From the NCBI GenBank assembly GCA_016926735.1, contig JAFGOA010000036.1:33821-97820 (forward strand): DNA of 64,000 nucleotides. The letters are read 5' to 3'. Every line of letters starts with the position of its first letter. Positions within the stretch are counted from its first letter, which is position 1. Positions 20,927 to 31,560 of the stretch are shown one piece after another. The notes under the pieces were generated by a model. The model searched no databases. It was not told the DNA's origin and worked only from the letters and a program-made list of their open reading frames with translations. The position numbers and the translations under genes were made by a program. The DNA comes from Promethearchaeota archaeon. GTDB lineage: Archaea; Asgardarchaeota; Lokiarchaeia; Sigyniarchaeales; SOKP01.

Positions 20927-21163
20927 AATTAAATATTTCACACATAAAGGTTTTTTTTAAATCAGATTGATATGAAAAATTATTTATTTTTTTTTTGTCA
21001 TTAAAATTTATAAAATTAATAATCTAATAATATATTCAAATCAAAAAAAATAAAAGATATAATAAAAATTAAATAATATCAATCTAAGTTTAAATATAAC
21101 TTTTAATGTTATAATATTATAACTTTATTATTCAAATTAAATAATTATTGGAGTTATTTTCTC

Positions 21164-21535
21164 ATGGCACAATCAACAGGAGGAACACTTGATAGTATAC
21201 TGAAGCAATTACTAGCTTCTATTCCAGAAGTCAAATCTGCAGCTATTGTATCCGTTGAAGGGCTTCCTATTGCCTCAGCTCTTCCACAAGGAGTAGATGA
21301 AACTCGTATTGCTGCTATGACGGCTGCAATCCTTTCCCTCGGAGAAAGGGCAGCCCATGAAATGCAAAAGGGAGATTTAGAACAAATAATGGTTAAAGGA
21401 AGCGATGGGGTACTTTTAGTATTAGCTGCGGGCCCAAATGCGGTTTTAACTGTCTCTACAACAAAAGATGTGAGATTAGGATTAATATTTCTCGACTGTA
21501 AGAGAACTTGTGAGAAAATAGCAAAATTAATATAA
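21164..21535 (+). CDS. Roadblock/LC7 (MglB-like) protein
   Basis: AAIVSVEGLPIAS, IAAMTAAILSLGERA, LGLIF; GGAG SD; higher GC than the flanks. Confidence 0.92.
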   Translation: MAQSTGGTLDSILKQLLASIPEVKSAAIVSVEGLPIASALPQGVDETRIAAMTAAILSLGERAAHEMQKGDLEQIMVKGSDGVLLVLAAGPNAVLTVSTTKDVRLGLIFLDCKRTCEKIAKLI

Positions 21536-21784
21536 CTCTTTGATTAAATCACTATTTTAAGAAATCCCCTTCTGTTCTGTAATTCTTTTTTTTTTGATTA
21601 AAATACGGAAATTATAGGAGATAATTCTCGATTAATTGTTATAAATTAATAATCATTAAGGGAGGAATAATTTTTATTAATAAATTACTATTTTAGAAAC
21701 ATTACTAATATATTAATTAAATTTTCTGTTTAAAAACATAAATAATTTTATTATAATTCACCTTAAATCGTTTATCTTGTAAAA

Positions 21785-24700
21785 ATGTGTGCTGAAAATT
21801 TTAGTAAACAACTGATCTCAAGATTTGCTGAACTGGAGTGTGAAAGACAATTATTTTTAGACATAGCTCGTAAATTTCCTGAGAAATGGTATATTGATCA
21901 AAGAAAAATTGAACCGGCCAAACATATTCGTAAAAAGGTTGAATTATTAAAAAGATTAGGAAAAGAATATGAGGATATTGTTTATTCTTATTTGTTAAAA
22001 CTAGAAGGTGTACAATATAATGACAGTGGCCCAAGAATAGTTGAGGATACCTATCTTAATCCTTTTTTATTTAAACAATTATATGAAGAGAAGAAAAAAG
22101 CTCATAATATAGATTTTATATTACTTGAATTTCAATATGAAATACCTGAATCATTTTTTCTCGATCTCTTTCCTTTAAAAAACAAAAATGATACAATACC
22201 TGTAAGTTATGCGGAACAAAGACCTGATATTATAGTTATAGGAAATTCTCTATGTAAAAATCAAGATTCTATTTTTGAATTAAAACCTAAAGGAATAATT
22301 AGAGAAGTTCCTAAAGAAGAATTAAACTATCGATATGGAATAAATATTATTGATATTAAAAATGTAAGAGAAGACCACATTGGAAAAAAACAATTTGTAG
22401 AGATTTTCTATTATCTTTATACCTTAAGTTATTATTTAGAGAATTATAATTTAGAGAAAAAATTCTTTATTAATATCGAATTCAATGGAATTTTTCCCAA
22501 ATATGATAATAAAATTTTAAAAGATATTCATTATCTAAATGATATTATAGATTTAACAATTTTAATTCATTGGAAAGAATCACATCAACTTTTTGTGGAT
22601 ATTATCGAAAAGATTAAGAATTTATGGTTAAAATCTCCAGTTTTAATTGATTCTATACCTGTGAATATTCAAACAAATTGTGGTTATTGTTTTTTCTTAG
22701 AGGATTGTAAAAAAACACTCGGATTTGATGGTATAAAAGAACCTAAAGATTGGTCATTAAAATTGTTACCGCACACATCTAATTCTATTTCCCAAAAATT
22801 AATTGAAATGAACTTTAATACTATTGCTGATGTTGCGAATAATATATATAAAATACCCATCAGTAGTACTCCTGAACCTATATATTCAGAAATACCTCTT
22901 CTAGAATTAAGAGCTAAATCTCTTTTATTGAATGAAGAAATTAATCCAAAATCAGGACTTATTTATACTTATTCACTCCCTAAATTTTCATCTTTCTCAG
23001 TTATTTTTGCAGTAGAAACTGATCCGGCTAATGAAAGAGTGTATGCAGCAGGTTTTCTTGTTGAAATGACAACTTCACCAAATGCCCCCTTTAGCACAGT
23101 ATTTGATAATTGGTGGTCTATTTGGAAAAGATCAATGATTAACAATACATCCCTTTCAGAAATTCAAAATGATCTAAATAGATATCTTATAAGAGAAATA
23201 TCAATAGAAGAGGTTAGTTGGTTTTTCAATCTTCTCAAAAAACTAAAAAATATGATTATACTTCTAAATGGTGAAGAAACAAAAAAAGGAAAAAAAAGAA
23301 AATCTACGTATGTTTTATATCAAATTTCTGCTGTTAATGAAGATCATACAAATAAGTCTGAAGCAAAATTTACGAAAGAAGTAATAAAAAAACTTCATTA
23401 TATCCTTGAGTTATGTAATACCGTGGAAAATTACGTAGTTGTTGAAGGTTTAAATTCAGGGGATTATTATGGACCATCAACTAGCTTTTTTTATTGGTCT
23501 AAGAGACAATTAGATAATTTTCAAGATATGTTGGAAAGAAATTTAGAGGAGATAGTCAAAGATATTCCTATATTCCGAAAATATCTCAAGATTTTATTTT
23601 TGTTTAATCCTTCTGACTCAGAGGTTACCAATCCATACCAACCAAAAAAATTATTTAATGTTCAAAAGTTTTGTGAAACAATTTTAGGAGTCCCTCTTAT
23701 TATTGGTTATACTTGGCATGAAATTGCATATAAACAATTGGGATTACGTTCTAATAAAGATTATTGGATTCCTCATTTTAATTATATGGATTTCAATAAT
23801 TGGTATGAAATGATATTAGAAGAAGATCCAAATAAGGTTGAAGAAATTAAAAATGAAATACGTAAACAAATTATGCATAAAATCAGAACAATTAATCGGC
23901 TTAGATTTAAATTTCAAACTGAAAGTAAACATGTAATTTCTAAACATGCCAATATTATTAGTAGAAATGTGATAAAAAGAACAATTTTAACCTCTGATTT
24001 TCATCCTATCGCAAAAGTTTGGTATTTATTCTCAAGATTAACAGGTGCTATAGATCAAATTGAAAAAACAGAAATTCGTACTACTTATCCTGAATTCAGT
24101 ATAGGTAAAATGGATGCTGCTAAAGTTAGTAATCTAAAATTGCATAAAATAAGTAATAAAACATACAATACATTTGAATTAAAGGACTTATCCAGTAATA
24201 TGAAAATTGATATTGGTGATAGATTACTATTGATTCCAGAGTTTAAAAGAGATATTAGCTCTAATAGACGATTATTTCCTTGGATAATTACTATAGATGA
24301 AATATTATGGTCCTCAAAAATTAATGGATATAGAGTAAAAACTAAACTTATTTTTAGTGAGAATAAAGGAGAAGATAAAATAAATGAACTTAAATTTGCA
24401 AATATAGAGACTCTAGATTGGTATCTATATCCTTTATCATTAGATGCTTGGTCAAGTAAATTATATAGCAATAATGGTTTATTAGAAAGAAATAATATTG
24501 GAAAATCATGGCTTGGCCATCTACTATCATATATATGGAATATTCAATCAAAAGACAAATTAAAATGGCCTGAGAACTGGGTTTTTTCTGGACCTTCTGT
24601 CTATCTATACACGCCACTCCAATTGAATAGAATTAAAGATAAAAATACAAAATTAGATAGTGTAGATTTATTATCTAAAATTTATCCGAATCCAGATCCA

Positions 24701-26272
24701 TCACAAAAAAAAGCTATTAATTTAGTATTAGAAAATATAATATCTGCCATTCAGGGACCACCTGGAACAGGAAAATCTCAGACAATTACAACTTTAATTG
24801 ATGAATACTATGAAAGATGTTTATTAAATAAAAAACATTCAATACGGATATTGATAACTGCATTCTCTTATGCGGCTCTAAGAGTTATAATAGACAAAAT
24901 TCGAAATGCTAAAGATACTTTTGGTAATCCCACAAGTATATCCAAGCTTCAAATGGTCTTTTTAAGATCAAAATACCAAAAACCTATTAAAAATAAAAAT
25001 GATGAGAGAAAAGTTGATGATCTTGTACGTGTTGGAAATTCATGGAAATTTAATGAGGAATCACGTATAGTCACAAATACAAATCCTCTTGAAAACTCCT
25101 TGGAAGATAATTTTATTATGTTTGCAAATGCTCATCAATTATATTATTTACCTGAACGAGTTAAAGATAATTTTTATTTTGATTTAATATGTGTTGATGA
25201 AGCAAGTCAACTCCCTGTTGATTATTTTATATCAAGTTTACAATTTTTAAAAAATAAGAAATTTTTTATGAAAGAACCAGAAAAGACATTAAAAACTAAA
25301 ATTGAGTCAAAAAATAATGAAATTCTTGGAGAACTAGAATTAAATTATGATGAAGATATAATTCCTACAAAAGTAATTATTGTAGGGGATTATAATCAAT
25401 TACCTCCTGTTCAACCTGTGCCTCCTCCTAAAAACCTCAAAATAATATTAGAAAGTCTTTTTGCTTATTATGTTAAAAATCACAAAATTCCTAATGTACA
25501 ACTCCAAATAAATTACAGATCGAATAGAGATATTGTGGAATATACATCCCAACTTGGTGTCTATAAGAATTTGAATGTAGATAAAAAAAATATTAACAAA
25601 TTACTTTTAGGTGATTTAGAAAGAGTTAAAAAAGATTGGGTTAAAAAAATGTTAGATCCAAAAAAAGCAGTTATCACTATAATACATAATAGAAATTATG
25701 AGATTGGAATAAGTACTTTAGAATCTAAAATTGTAGTAAATCTCCTTAAAGGTTATTTTTCGATGATTAATCCTAAAAATGAAGAAGAGGAAAGAATATT
25801 TTGGAAAGAGTATGTAGGAGTTGTAGCACCTCATAATGCTCAAGGAAGATTAATTATTCGGCAGATACACGATGAATTAACAAATAATATTGAGCCTATT
25901 TCAAATCTTGAACATTCAGAGTTAATGTTCCTATTAAAAAACTCTATTTATTCCGTAGAAAAATTTCAAGGTTCTGATAGAGAACTAATCATTTCATCAA
26001 TTGGCCTTTCAGATCGAGATCAAATCTCTGCTGAAAGTGAATTTATTTATGATCTTAATAGATTCAATGTTCTTACTTCAAGAGCAAAGTCTAAAATTAT
26101 TTTAATAGCTAGTAAAAGATTTCTTAAATTTATTCCCAATAATAGAGAAATTATGAAAGAAGCTGCTCAAATAAGAAGATTTGCGTACGAATATTGTAAT
26201 AATTTTATAAATATTCAATTAAAAAATGAAAAAAATAAGAATGAAAAAGTACAATTAAGATATAAACATTAA
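21785..26272 (+). CDS. Fe-S PD-(D/E)xK nuclease plus RNase H-like domain plus SF1 (Upf1/Dna2-like) helicase fusion
   Basis: C19 and C299-xx-C302-x5-C308; RPDII and IIDIK nuclease motifs; QGPPGTGKS, DEASQ, GDYNQLPP, NYRS, VAPHNAQ, VEKFQGSD, RFNVLTSRAK helicase motifs. Confidence 0.88.
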   Translation: MCAENFSKQLISRFAELECERQLFLDIARKFPEKWYIDQRKIEPAKHIRKKVELLKRLGKEYEDIVYSYLLKLEGVQYNDSGPRIVEDTYLNPFLFKQLYEEKKKAHNIDFILLEFQYEIPESFFLDLFPLKNKNDTIPVSYAEQRPDIIVIGNSLCKNQDSIFELKPKGIIREVPKEELNYRYGINIIDIKNVREDHIGKKQFVEIFYYLYTLSYYLENYNLEKKFFINIEFNGIFPKYDNKILKDIHYLNDIIDLTILIHWKESHQLFVDIIEKIKNLWLKSPVLIDSIPVNIQTNCGYCFFLEDCKKTLGFDGIKEPKDWSLKLLPHTSNSISQKLIEMNFNTIADVANNIYKIPISSTPEPIYSEIPLLELRAKSLLLNEEINPKSGLIYTYSLPKFSSFSVIFAVETDPANERVYAAGFLVEMTTSPNAPFSTVFDNWWSIWKRSMINNTSLSEIQNDLNRYLIREISIEEVSWFFNLLKKLKNMIILLNGEETKKGKKRKSTYVLYQISAVNEDHTNKSEAKFTKEVIKKLHYILELCNTVENYVVVEGLNSGDYYGPSTSFFYWSKRQLDNFQDMLERNLEEIVKDIPIFRKYLKILFLFNPSDSEVTNPYQPKKLFNVQKFCETILGVPLIIGYTWHEIAYKQLGLRSNKDYWIPHFNYMDFNNWYEMILEEDPNKVEEIKNEIRKQIMHKIRTINRLRFKFQTESKHVISKHANIISRNVIKRTILTSDFHPIAKVWYLFSRLTGAIDQIEKTEIRTTYPEFSIGKMDAAKVSNLKLHKISNKTYNTFELKDLSSNMKIDIGDRLLLIPEFKRDISSNRRLFPWIITIDEILWSSKINGYRVKTKLIFSENKGEDKINELKFANIETLDWYLYPLSLDAWSSKLYSNNGLLERNNIGKSWLGHLLSYIWNIQSKDKLKWPENWVFSGPSVYLYTPLQLNRIKDKNTKLDSVDLLSKIYPNPDPSQKKAINLVLENIISAIQGPPGTGKSQTITTLIDEYYERCLLNKKHSIRILITAFSYAALRVIIDKIRNAKDTFGNPTSISKLQMVFLRSKYQKPIKNKNDERKVDDLVRVGNSWKFNEESRIVTNTNPLENSLEDNFIMFANAHQLYYLPERVKDNFYFDLICVDEASQLPVDYFISSLQFLKNKKFFMKEPEKTLKTKIESKNNEILGELELNYDEDIIPTKVIIVGDYNQLPPVQPVPPPKNLKIILESLFAYYVKNHKIPNVQLQINYRSNRDIVEYTSQLGVYKNLNVDKKNINKLLLGDLERVKKDWVKKMLDPKKAVITIIHNRNYEIGISTLESKIVVNLLKGYFSMINPKNEEEERIFWKEYVGVVAPHNAQGRLIIRQIHDELTNNIEPISNLEHSELMFLLKNSIYSVEKFQGSDRELIISSIGLSDRDQISAESEFIYDLNRFNVLTSRAKSKIILIASKRFLKFIPNNREIMKEAAQIRRFAYEYCNNFINIQLKNEKNKNEKVQLRYKH

Positions 26273-26290
26273 ATTTACTTTGAGAATTAT

Positions 26291-27784
26291 ATGACGAATA
26301 TAAAATTCCTACATATTGCTGATATTCATCTTGGTAAAAGGCAGTATAATCTTAAAGAAAGATATTATGATTATTTCCGTGTTTTTAAATCAATTTTAGA
26401 AAAATCCATTGAAAAAGAAGTGGATTTTATTTTAATTTCAGGAGATCTGTTTGATAACAGAAAAATAGGTCCTATTGTTTTAACTGATGTTTTTAATATC
26501 ATATCTAAATTTAAAGAGAGAGCTAAAAATAAATTAAATCGAGATATTCCTCTAATCTGTATTGAGGGGAATCATGATAATCCTATTTATTCAACTCAAT
26601 CTTGGATGACATTCCTCGCAGATCTAGAACTAATTATCCTTCTATCTGGAAAATATGATAAAAATACAAAAAAAATAATTTTTGACCCATATGACTCTAA
26701 AACTCGACGAGGAGGAAAAATAAAAATAAAAAACATAACAATATATGGTCTCCCATTTTTTGGCAGTTCTACCGCTCATATTTTTCCTCAAATCTATGAT
26801 GCAATAGAACAAAATAATGAGCAATCTAATATTTTAATGATGCATTTTGGAATTCAAGGAAATGATCCTATAAAATCAGGAATAGAAATATCTGAAAGCT
26901 TAAATAAATTAAGAGAAAAAATAGATTATCTTGCTTTAGGTCACTTTCATAAACAATATATACTTCCTAAGAAAGATCCTTGGATCTTTAATCCGGGAAG
27001 TCTAGAAATTAATGATATTAAAGAATTATTTGAAAATTATGAAAGGGGAGCCTTTATAGTAAAAATTTTAGGAAAAGAGATTTATCATGAAGAACTAATT
27101 TGTGAAATAGGAGATAATAATAGTAATATGATTTCTAATAGAAATTTTAAACTTCTTTCTCCAATAGATATTGGTGAAACAAAATCATTTAAAGAAACAA
27201 TTGTTTTAATATTAGATTCCTTGATAAAAGATCTCCCTGAAAAAAAATCCAATTTATCAAAATCAAAAGATGATCTCAACTGTCCAATCGTTATTTTTTC
27301 TATAAAGGGACAAATTCCATATTCAAGATTGGAAGTAAATATAAATCAATTAAAAGGGGAAATTATGAATAAATTTTCAATTCTTGATGTAAGAATTTTT
27401 TCAACATATCTCATATCAACATTAGATGATATTATTATATCTGAAGAAAAAAAAACTATAGAAGAGATTGAAACGGATGTATTTAATGCAATTTTAAGTG
27501 AAAATCCTCTCTTTAAAGGTATTGAAAGTGACACAATAGCATTAATGAAAAATATAAAATTTGGTCTAATTGAAAAATCTCCAAATTATTTTGAAATAAA
27601 AGAGTCTATAAAAGATTGGTTTATGTCGTATGTTGATAAATTCGACTTACCAAAAATTAATATTTTTACAAAGAGTAAAAAAATCAAGGAAGAATCATCA
27701 GAAGAGAATAATGAGGAGGAGATAGAAGAGAATATTCAAGATGAATTCGATTTGGATGAATATATAGATGATATTGACAATTAA
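26291..27784 (+). CDS. mre11: Mre11/SbcD nuclease
   Basis: DIHLG, GDLFD, GNHD, MH and GHFH phosphoesterase motifs; acidic tail. Confidence 0.92.
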   Translation: MTNIKFLHIADIHLGKRQYNLKERYYDYFRVFKSILEKSIEKEVDFILISGDLFDNRKIGPIVLTDVFNIISKFKERAKNKLNRDIPLICIEGNHDNPIYSTQSWMTFLADLELIILLSGKYDKNTKKIIFDPYDSKTRRGGKIKIKNITIYGLPFFGSSTAHIFPQIYDAIEQNNEQSNILMMHFGIQGNDPIKSGIEISESLNKLREKIDYLALGHFHKQYILPKKDPWIFNPGSLEINDIKELFENYERGAFIVKILGKEIYHEELICEIGDNNSNMISNRNFKLLSPIDIGETKSFKETIVLILDSLIKDLPEKKSNLSKSKDDLNCPIVIFSIKGQIPYSRLEVNINQLKGEIMNKFSILDVRIFSTYLISTLDDIIISEEKKTIEEIETDVFNAILSENPLFKGIESDTIALMKNIKFGLIEKSPNYFEIKESIKDWFMSYVDKFDLPKINIFTKSKKIKEESSEENNEEEIEENIQDEFDLDEYIDDIDN

Positions 27785-27800
27785 AGAGGAAAAACATAAA

Positions 27801-30512
27801 ATGCTTATAACTAAAATTGAATTAAAGAATATTACAACTCATAAAAAAACGTTAATTGAATTTCAGAATGGATTGAATTTATTATTTGGAAATAATGGTA
27901 CTGGTAAATCAACTGTTCTTAATATGATTGGATATGTACTATTTAATTATCTTCCAGGGAAGCAAGAGAGCTACGTTCGTCAAGCTAAACGTGGAGAAAT
28001 AAAACATGGGATGATAAAAGTCTGGGTTGTTGGTTTAGATGATGAATTATATATAATAGAAAGAACATTAGGAAAATCTAATCCTAAAATTCAGATTAAA
28101 TATGGATATACAGATTTAATTGTTCCCGGAGTAAATAATAAAATGGATTTAGAAGAATGGGTAAAAATTCAATTAAAATTAAATCCAGAAACTAATTTAT
28201 CCGATCTTTTTAAAACATCTATTGGTGTACCTCAAGGAACATTTACACAACCTTTTTTAGAAACCCCTCAAAACAGAAAGAATTTTTTTGATCCTATTCT
28301 AAAGGTTGATGTATATAGGAAAATTTGGAAGAATTTTTTAAATATTATTAAAGAATTAGATAATGATATAGTTGAAATAAAACTTAAAAAAGAAAAATTA
28401 GAAGGACGATTAGAACCTATAGATGAGATAAAGAATGATAATGACCAATATATCTTAAAATTAAAAAAATCAGAAAGACAATTAACCAATATTAAAAAGG
28501 AATTAGAATTATTAGAAAGAAAAAACAAGGAATACAAAAAAATAGATGATGAATTAAAAGAAAAAAATATTCTGAAAGATCAGATATTAAATCAAAAAAA
28601 TGAATTATATGAAAATCTAAAATCAATAAAAAATAAATTAGAAACAGCTCGAAAAGCTGGTGCTATTTGTGATAAAACCTTAAATGATTATGAAAAATAT
28701 GAAGATTATCTAAAAGAGGAACAAAAATTAAAAAAATTAAATGAAGAACTAATTGATTTGAATAAAAATTATAATAAATTAAACCAAAAATTAATTCAAT
28801 TGAAGAGTAATAGAGAAGAAAATCTTAATGAAATATCTGAAATAAACAAACAAAAAAAATCCTTTTTAGAGTTAGAAAAAAATTATGAATTATCACAACA
28901 CCTAAAAGGAGAATATGAGACTTTAATGGGAAAAAAAAAAGAAATTATTATCTATGAAAAAGACCTTGAAGATTTTAAAATAAAAAATGTTGAAATTACT
29001 AAAAAAATAGATGAAATTGAAAAGAAATATGATAATTACTCTGAATTAAAAAAAAAAAAAGAGATATTAGACAATAAGAAAGAATTAAAACATACATTAG
29101 AAATCAATATAAGTAAACTCGAAACTAGAATAAAACAGCTTGAAGAGAATAAGATTCAATCCAAGGGAGGTATTTGTCCAATATTAAACGAACAATGCCG
29201 TAATATAGGAAGTAAATCTTTTAATGAAATATTTCAAAAAGAATTAGATGTATTAAATAAAGAATTAAAACCCGAATTAAAAAAAAGAAATGAAATTGAT
29301 AAGGAATTAAAAGAATATGATATAATAAATAAAGAAATTAATAAATTGGATGAGCTAAAAGTACAATTAGATCTTCATAAGGAAACAAAACTTGAGATTG
29401 GAAAAAACATAAGACATCTTATTGATAAAACAAAAGAAAAGCAAGAAATAATAAGTAAATTAGATGATTATAAAAAAAAAAAAGATGAATTGGAATCAGA
29501 TATCGAAAAATTTAATGTATATAAAGAAAAACTCTATGTTGATTTACCAAAAAGGAAAAAAAAAATAGAGGATTTGAACAATAAAATCATCCCATTACAA
29601 GAAGAACTAAAACCTCTCAGAGAAAGAATTGAACATCTTGAAGAAAATCCTGAGAAATTAAAACTTATTAATATAAAATTAAATTCATTGAAAGAAAATC
29701 ATGATCTATATTTATCTAATAAGGATATTGCCAGAACTGTACAAGAACTAGAAAAAGAACAAAATATTATAGAGGAGAAATACAATAAATTGGAAAAAAA
29801 AAATCAAGGAATAATGAGTGAAATAGAAAAAATAAGTAAGACATATGATAGAAACGATAAAGAAAATGTAGAAAAAAGATTTTTGAGTCTTAAAGAAGAG
29901 CAAGGAAAGATCTTAGAATCAATTAATGATTCAAAAGATAGATTAAAGGAGATTAACAAAAAATTAGAACAACTTAAGAAGATTGAAGATAATTTAAAAA
30001 TTACTATGGATAAATTAAAGACATTAGATTTTATTAAAGATATTTCTGAAAAAATTCGCTCATATTATAAAATAGCAGGTCCAAAAATTGCAGAAACGTT
30101 ATTAAAACATATTAATGCCGAAGCTACTAACCATTATAGGTCTATTATGGAAGATCATAATGTAATTTTAACATGGGAAGATGATTTTCTCATAAAAATA
30201 AAAACAAATCAAAACGAAAAAGAATTTACTCAATTATCAGGTGGAGAACAAATGATCGCTGCTTTAGCAGTACGATTGGCAATCTTGAATGTACTCTCTA
30301 ACGCAGAATTTGCTTTCTTTGATGAACCAACAATGAACTTAGATCCTGAGAAAAGAGAGAATTTAGCTAAAATAATCCCAAGAATAAAAGGCTTTAGACA
30401 ACTCTTTTTAATTACTCATGATGATACCTTTGAGGAAAATGTTGATAATGTAATTAAATTCTCTAAAGATGATAATGAAATAACACAAGTAGAATGTTTC
30501 ACAAAAAATTAG
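27801..30512 (+). CDS. rad50: Rad50/SbcC SMC-like ATPase
   Basis: Walker A GNNGTGKS, Q-loop VPQG, long coiled coil with central CPILNEQC, LSGGE, FDEP, ITHD; ATG at 27801 after GAGGA. Confidence 0.93.
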   Translation: MLITKIELKNITTHKKTLIEFQNGLNLLFGNNGTGKSTVLNMIGYVLFNYLPGKQESYVRQAKRGEIKHGMIKVWVVGLDDELYIIERTLGKSNPKIQIKYGYTDLIVPGVNNKMDLEEWVKIQLKLNPETNLSDLFKTSIGVPQGTFTQPFLETPQNRKNFFDPILKVDVYRKIWKNFLNIIKELDNDIVEIKLKKEKLEGRLEPIDEIKNDNDQYILKLKKSERQLTNIKKELELLERKNKEYKKIDDELKEKNILKDQILNQKNELYENLKSIKNKLETARKAGAICDKTLNDYEKYEDYLKEEQKLKKLNEELIDLNKNYNKLNQKLIQLKSNREENLNEISEINKQKKSFLELEKNYELSQHLKGEYETLMGKKKEIIIYEKDLEDFKIKNVEITKKIDEIEKKYDNYSELKKKKEILDNKKELKHTLEINISKLETRIKQLEENKIQSKGGICPILNEQCRNIGSKSFNEIFQKELDVLNKELKPELKKRNEIDKELKEYDIINKEINKLDELKVQLDLHKETKLEIGKNIRHLIDKTKEKQEIISKLDDYKKKKDELESDIEKFNVYKEKLYVDLPKRKKKIEDLNNKIIPLQEELKPLRERIEHLEENPEKLKLINIKLNSLKENHDLYLSNKDIARTVQELEKEQNIIEEKYNKLEKKNQGIMSEIEKISKTYDRNDKENVEKRFLSLKEEQGKILESINDSKDRLKEINKKLEQLKKIEDNLKITMDKLKTLDFIKDISEKIRSYYKIAGPKIAETLLKHINAEATNHYRSIMEDHNVILTWEDDFLIKIKTNQNEKEFTQLSGGEQMIAALAVRLAILNVLSNAEFAFFDEPTMNLDPEKRENLAKIIPRIKGFRQLFLITHDDTFEENVDNVIKFSKDDNEITQVECFTKN

Positions 30513-30652
30513 TATCTATATTTCATCTTATACTTTTTTCTGAAACATGAATAAAAATAATAATACAGTAATCCTAGCAAACCACAAATTATTAATTTTA
30601 TAGTTCATTTTTTTCTTTATCTATATTTTAGCTTCATTATTGGTGTTCTGAT

Positions 30653-31252
30653 ATTTTTAAACTAATTACACTCCAAAGCAAAATTGAAATACCTCCTTTC
30701 TTATTTGATCAAGATAAGGCAGTCTCAGCAAGAATTATTTTAAGTGAAGATTATGAAGGAATTATAACAAGAGATTATGGTTTTATAATAGCTGTTGTCG
30801 ATGTTCTTTCTGTCTCTAGAGGACAAATAATTCCTGGAAATGCAAACACATTTCATGAAGTACAATTTACAATTTTATCATTCCGACCTACAATATCTGA
30901 GGTTGTTGAAGGAGATGTTGTAGAAATAGTAGATTTTGGAGCTTTCATTCGTCTAGGTCCTTTGGACGGACTTGTGCATGTAAGTCAAATTACGGATGAT
31001 TTTATTTCATATGAACAAGTTGGAAATAGATTTATTGGAAAAGAAACTGGTAAAGTTTTAGAAGTAAATGATAGTGTAAGAGCAAAAGTTATTGCTGTAT
31101 CACTAGGAGGAGGAAGAAGTGGAAAACTTGGTCTTTCTATGCGCAGTCCATTCCTAGGAAAACTTGATTGGATTGAAGAAGATATTGAAAAACTTTATTC
31201 TGATGAGAAATCAGAAGAAGAAAAAAAAAAGAAATCTGAGAAAGAATCATAG
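30653..31252 (+). CDS. rpo7: RNA polymerase subunit Rpo7 (RpoE'), full length 199 aa from an ATT start
   Basis: Open frame (I/M)FKLITLQSKIEIPP...GQIIPG...EVVEGDVVEIVDFGAFIRLGPLDGLVHVSQI; in-frame TAG at 30629-30631; GGTG 7 nt before ATT at 30653. Confidence 0.93.
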   Translation: MFKLITLQSKIEIPPFLFDQDKAVSARIILSEDYEGIITRDYGFIIAVVDVLSVSRGQIIPGNANTFHEVQFTILSFRPTISEVVEGDVVEIVDFGAFIRLGPLDGLVHVSQITDDFISYEQVGNRFIGKETGKVLEVNDSVRAKVIAVSLGGGRSGKLGLSMRSPFLGKLDWIEEDIEKLYSDEKSEEEKKKKSEKES

Positions 31253-31560
31253 AGAATTAATTTAATAAGAGATAATATTCTTATTTTCAAATTAAAAATT
31301 TCTTCTTAATTATTTAATTTTATTAGCCTTATTTGAATCTCAACTTTTTTAAACGGGAAATTAATCTTATTTTTCATTTTATTCTTCAAAAAATTAATGA
31401 ATCTCGTTATTTTCTTTTTTTAATGATTTTAGATGGATAGTTAAGATTATAATATATCCAATATAGCTGGTATAATGAAAAGACTTAAATATATCTAATC
31501 ACTCTAAATATATAATAATAAAATAAAAAATTCATAAAAATAATAGAAAAAAAAAATAAA

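Noticed and set aside
21785-22710. Calling the nuclease Cas4 or inferring a CRISPR locus
   Set aside because: No repeat-spacer array or other cas genes in the window; the domain is fused to an SF1 helicase
30962-31252. ORF-track 96-aa Rpo7 (and the 214-aa Kae1 at 34050) read as truncated genes or pseudogenes
   Set aside because: The missing N-terminal halves are present in the same frame with no stop or frameshift; only the start codon is non-canonical
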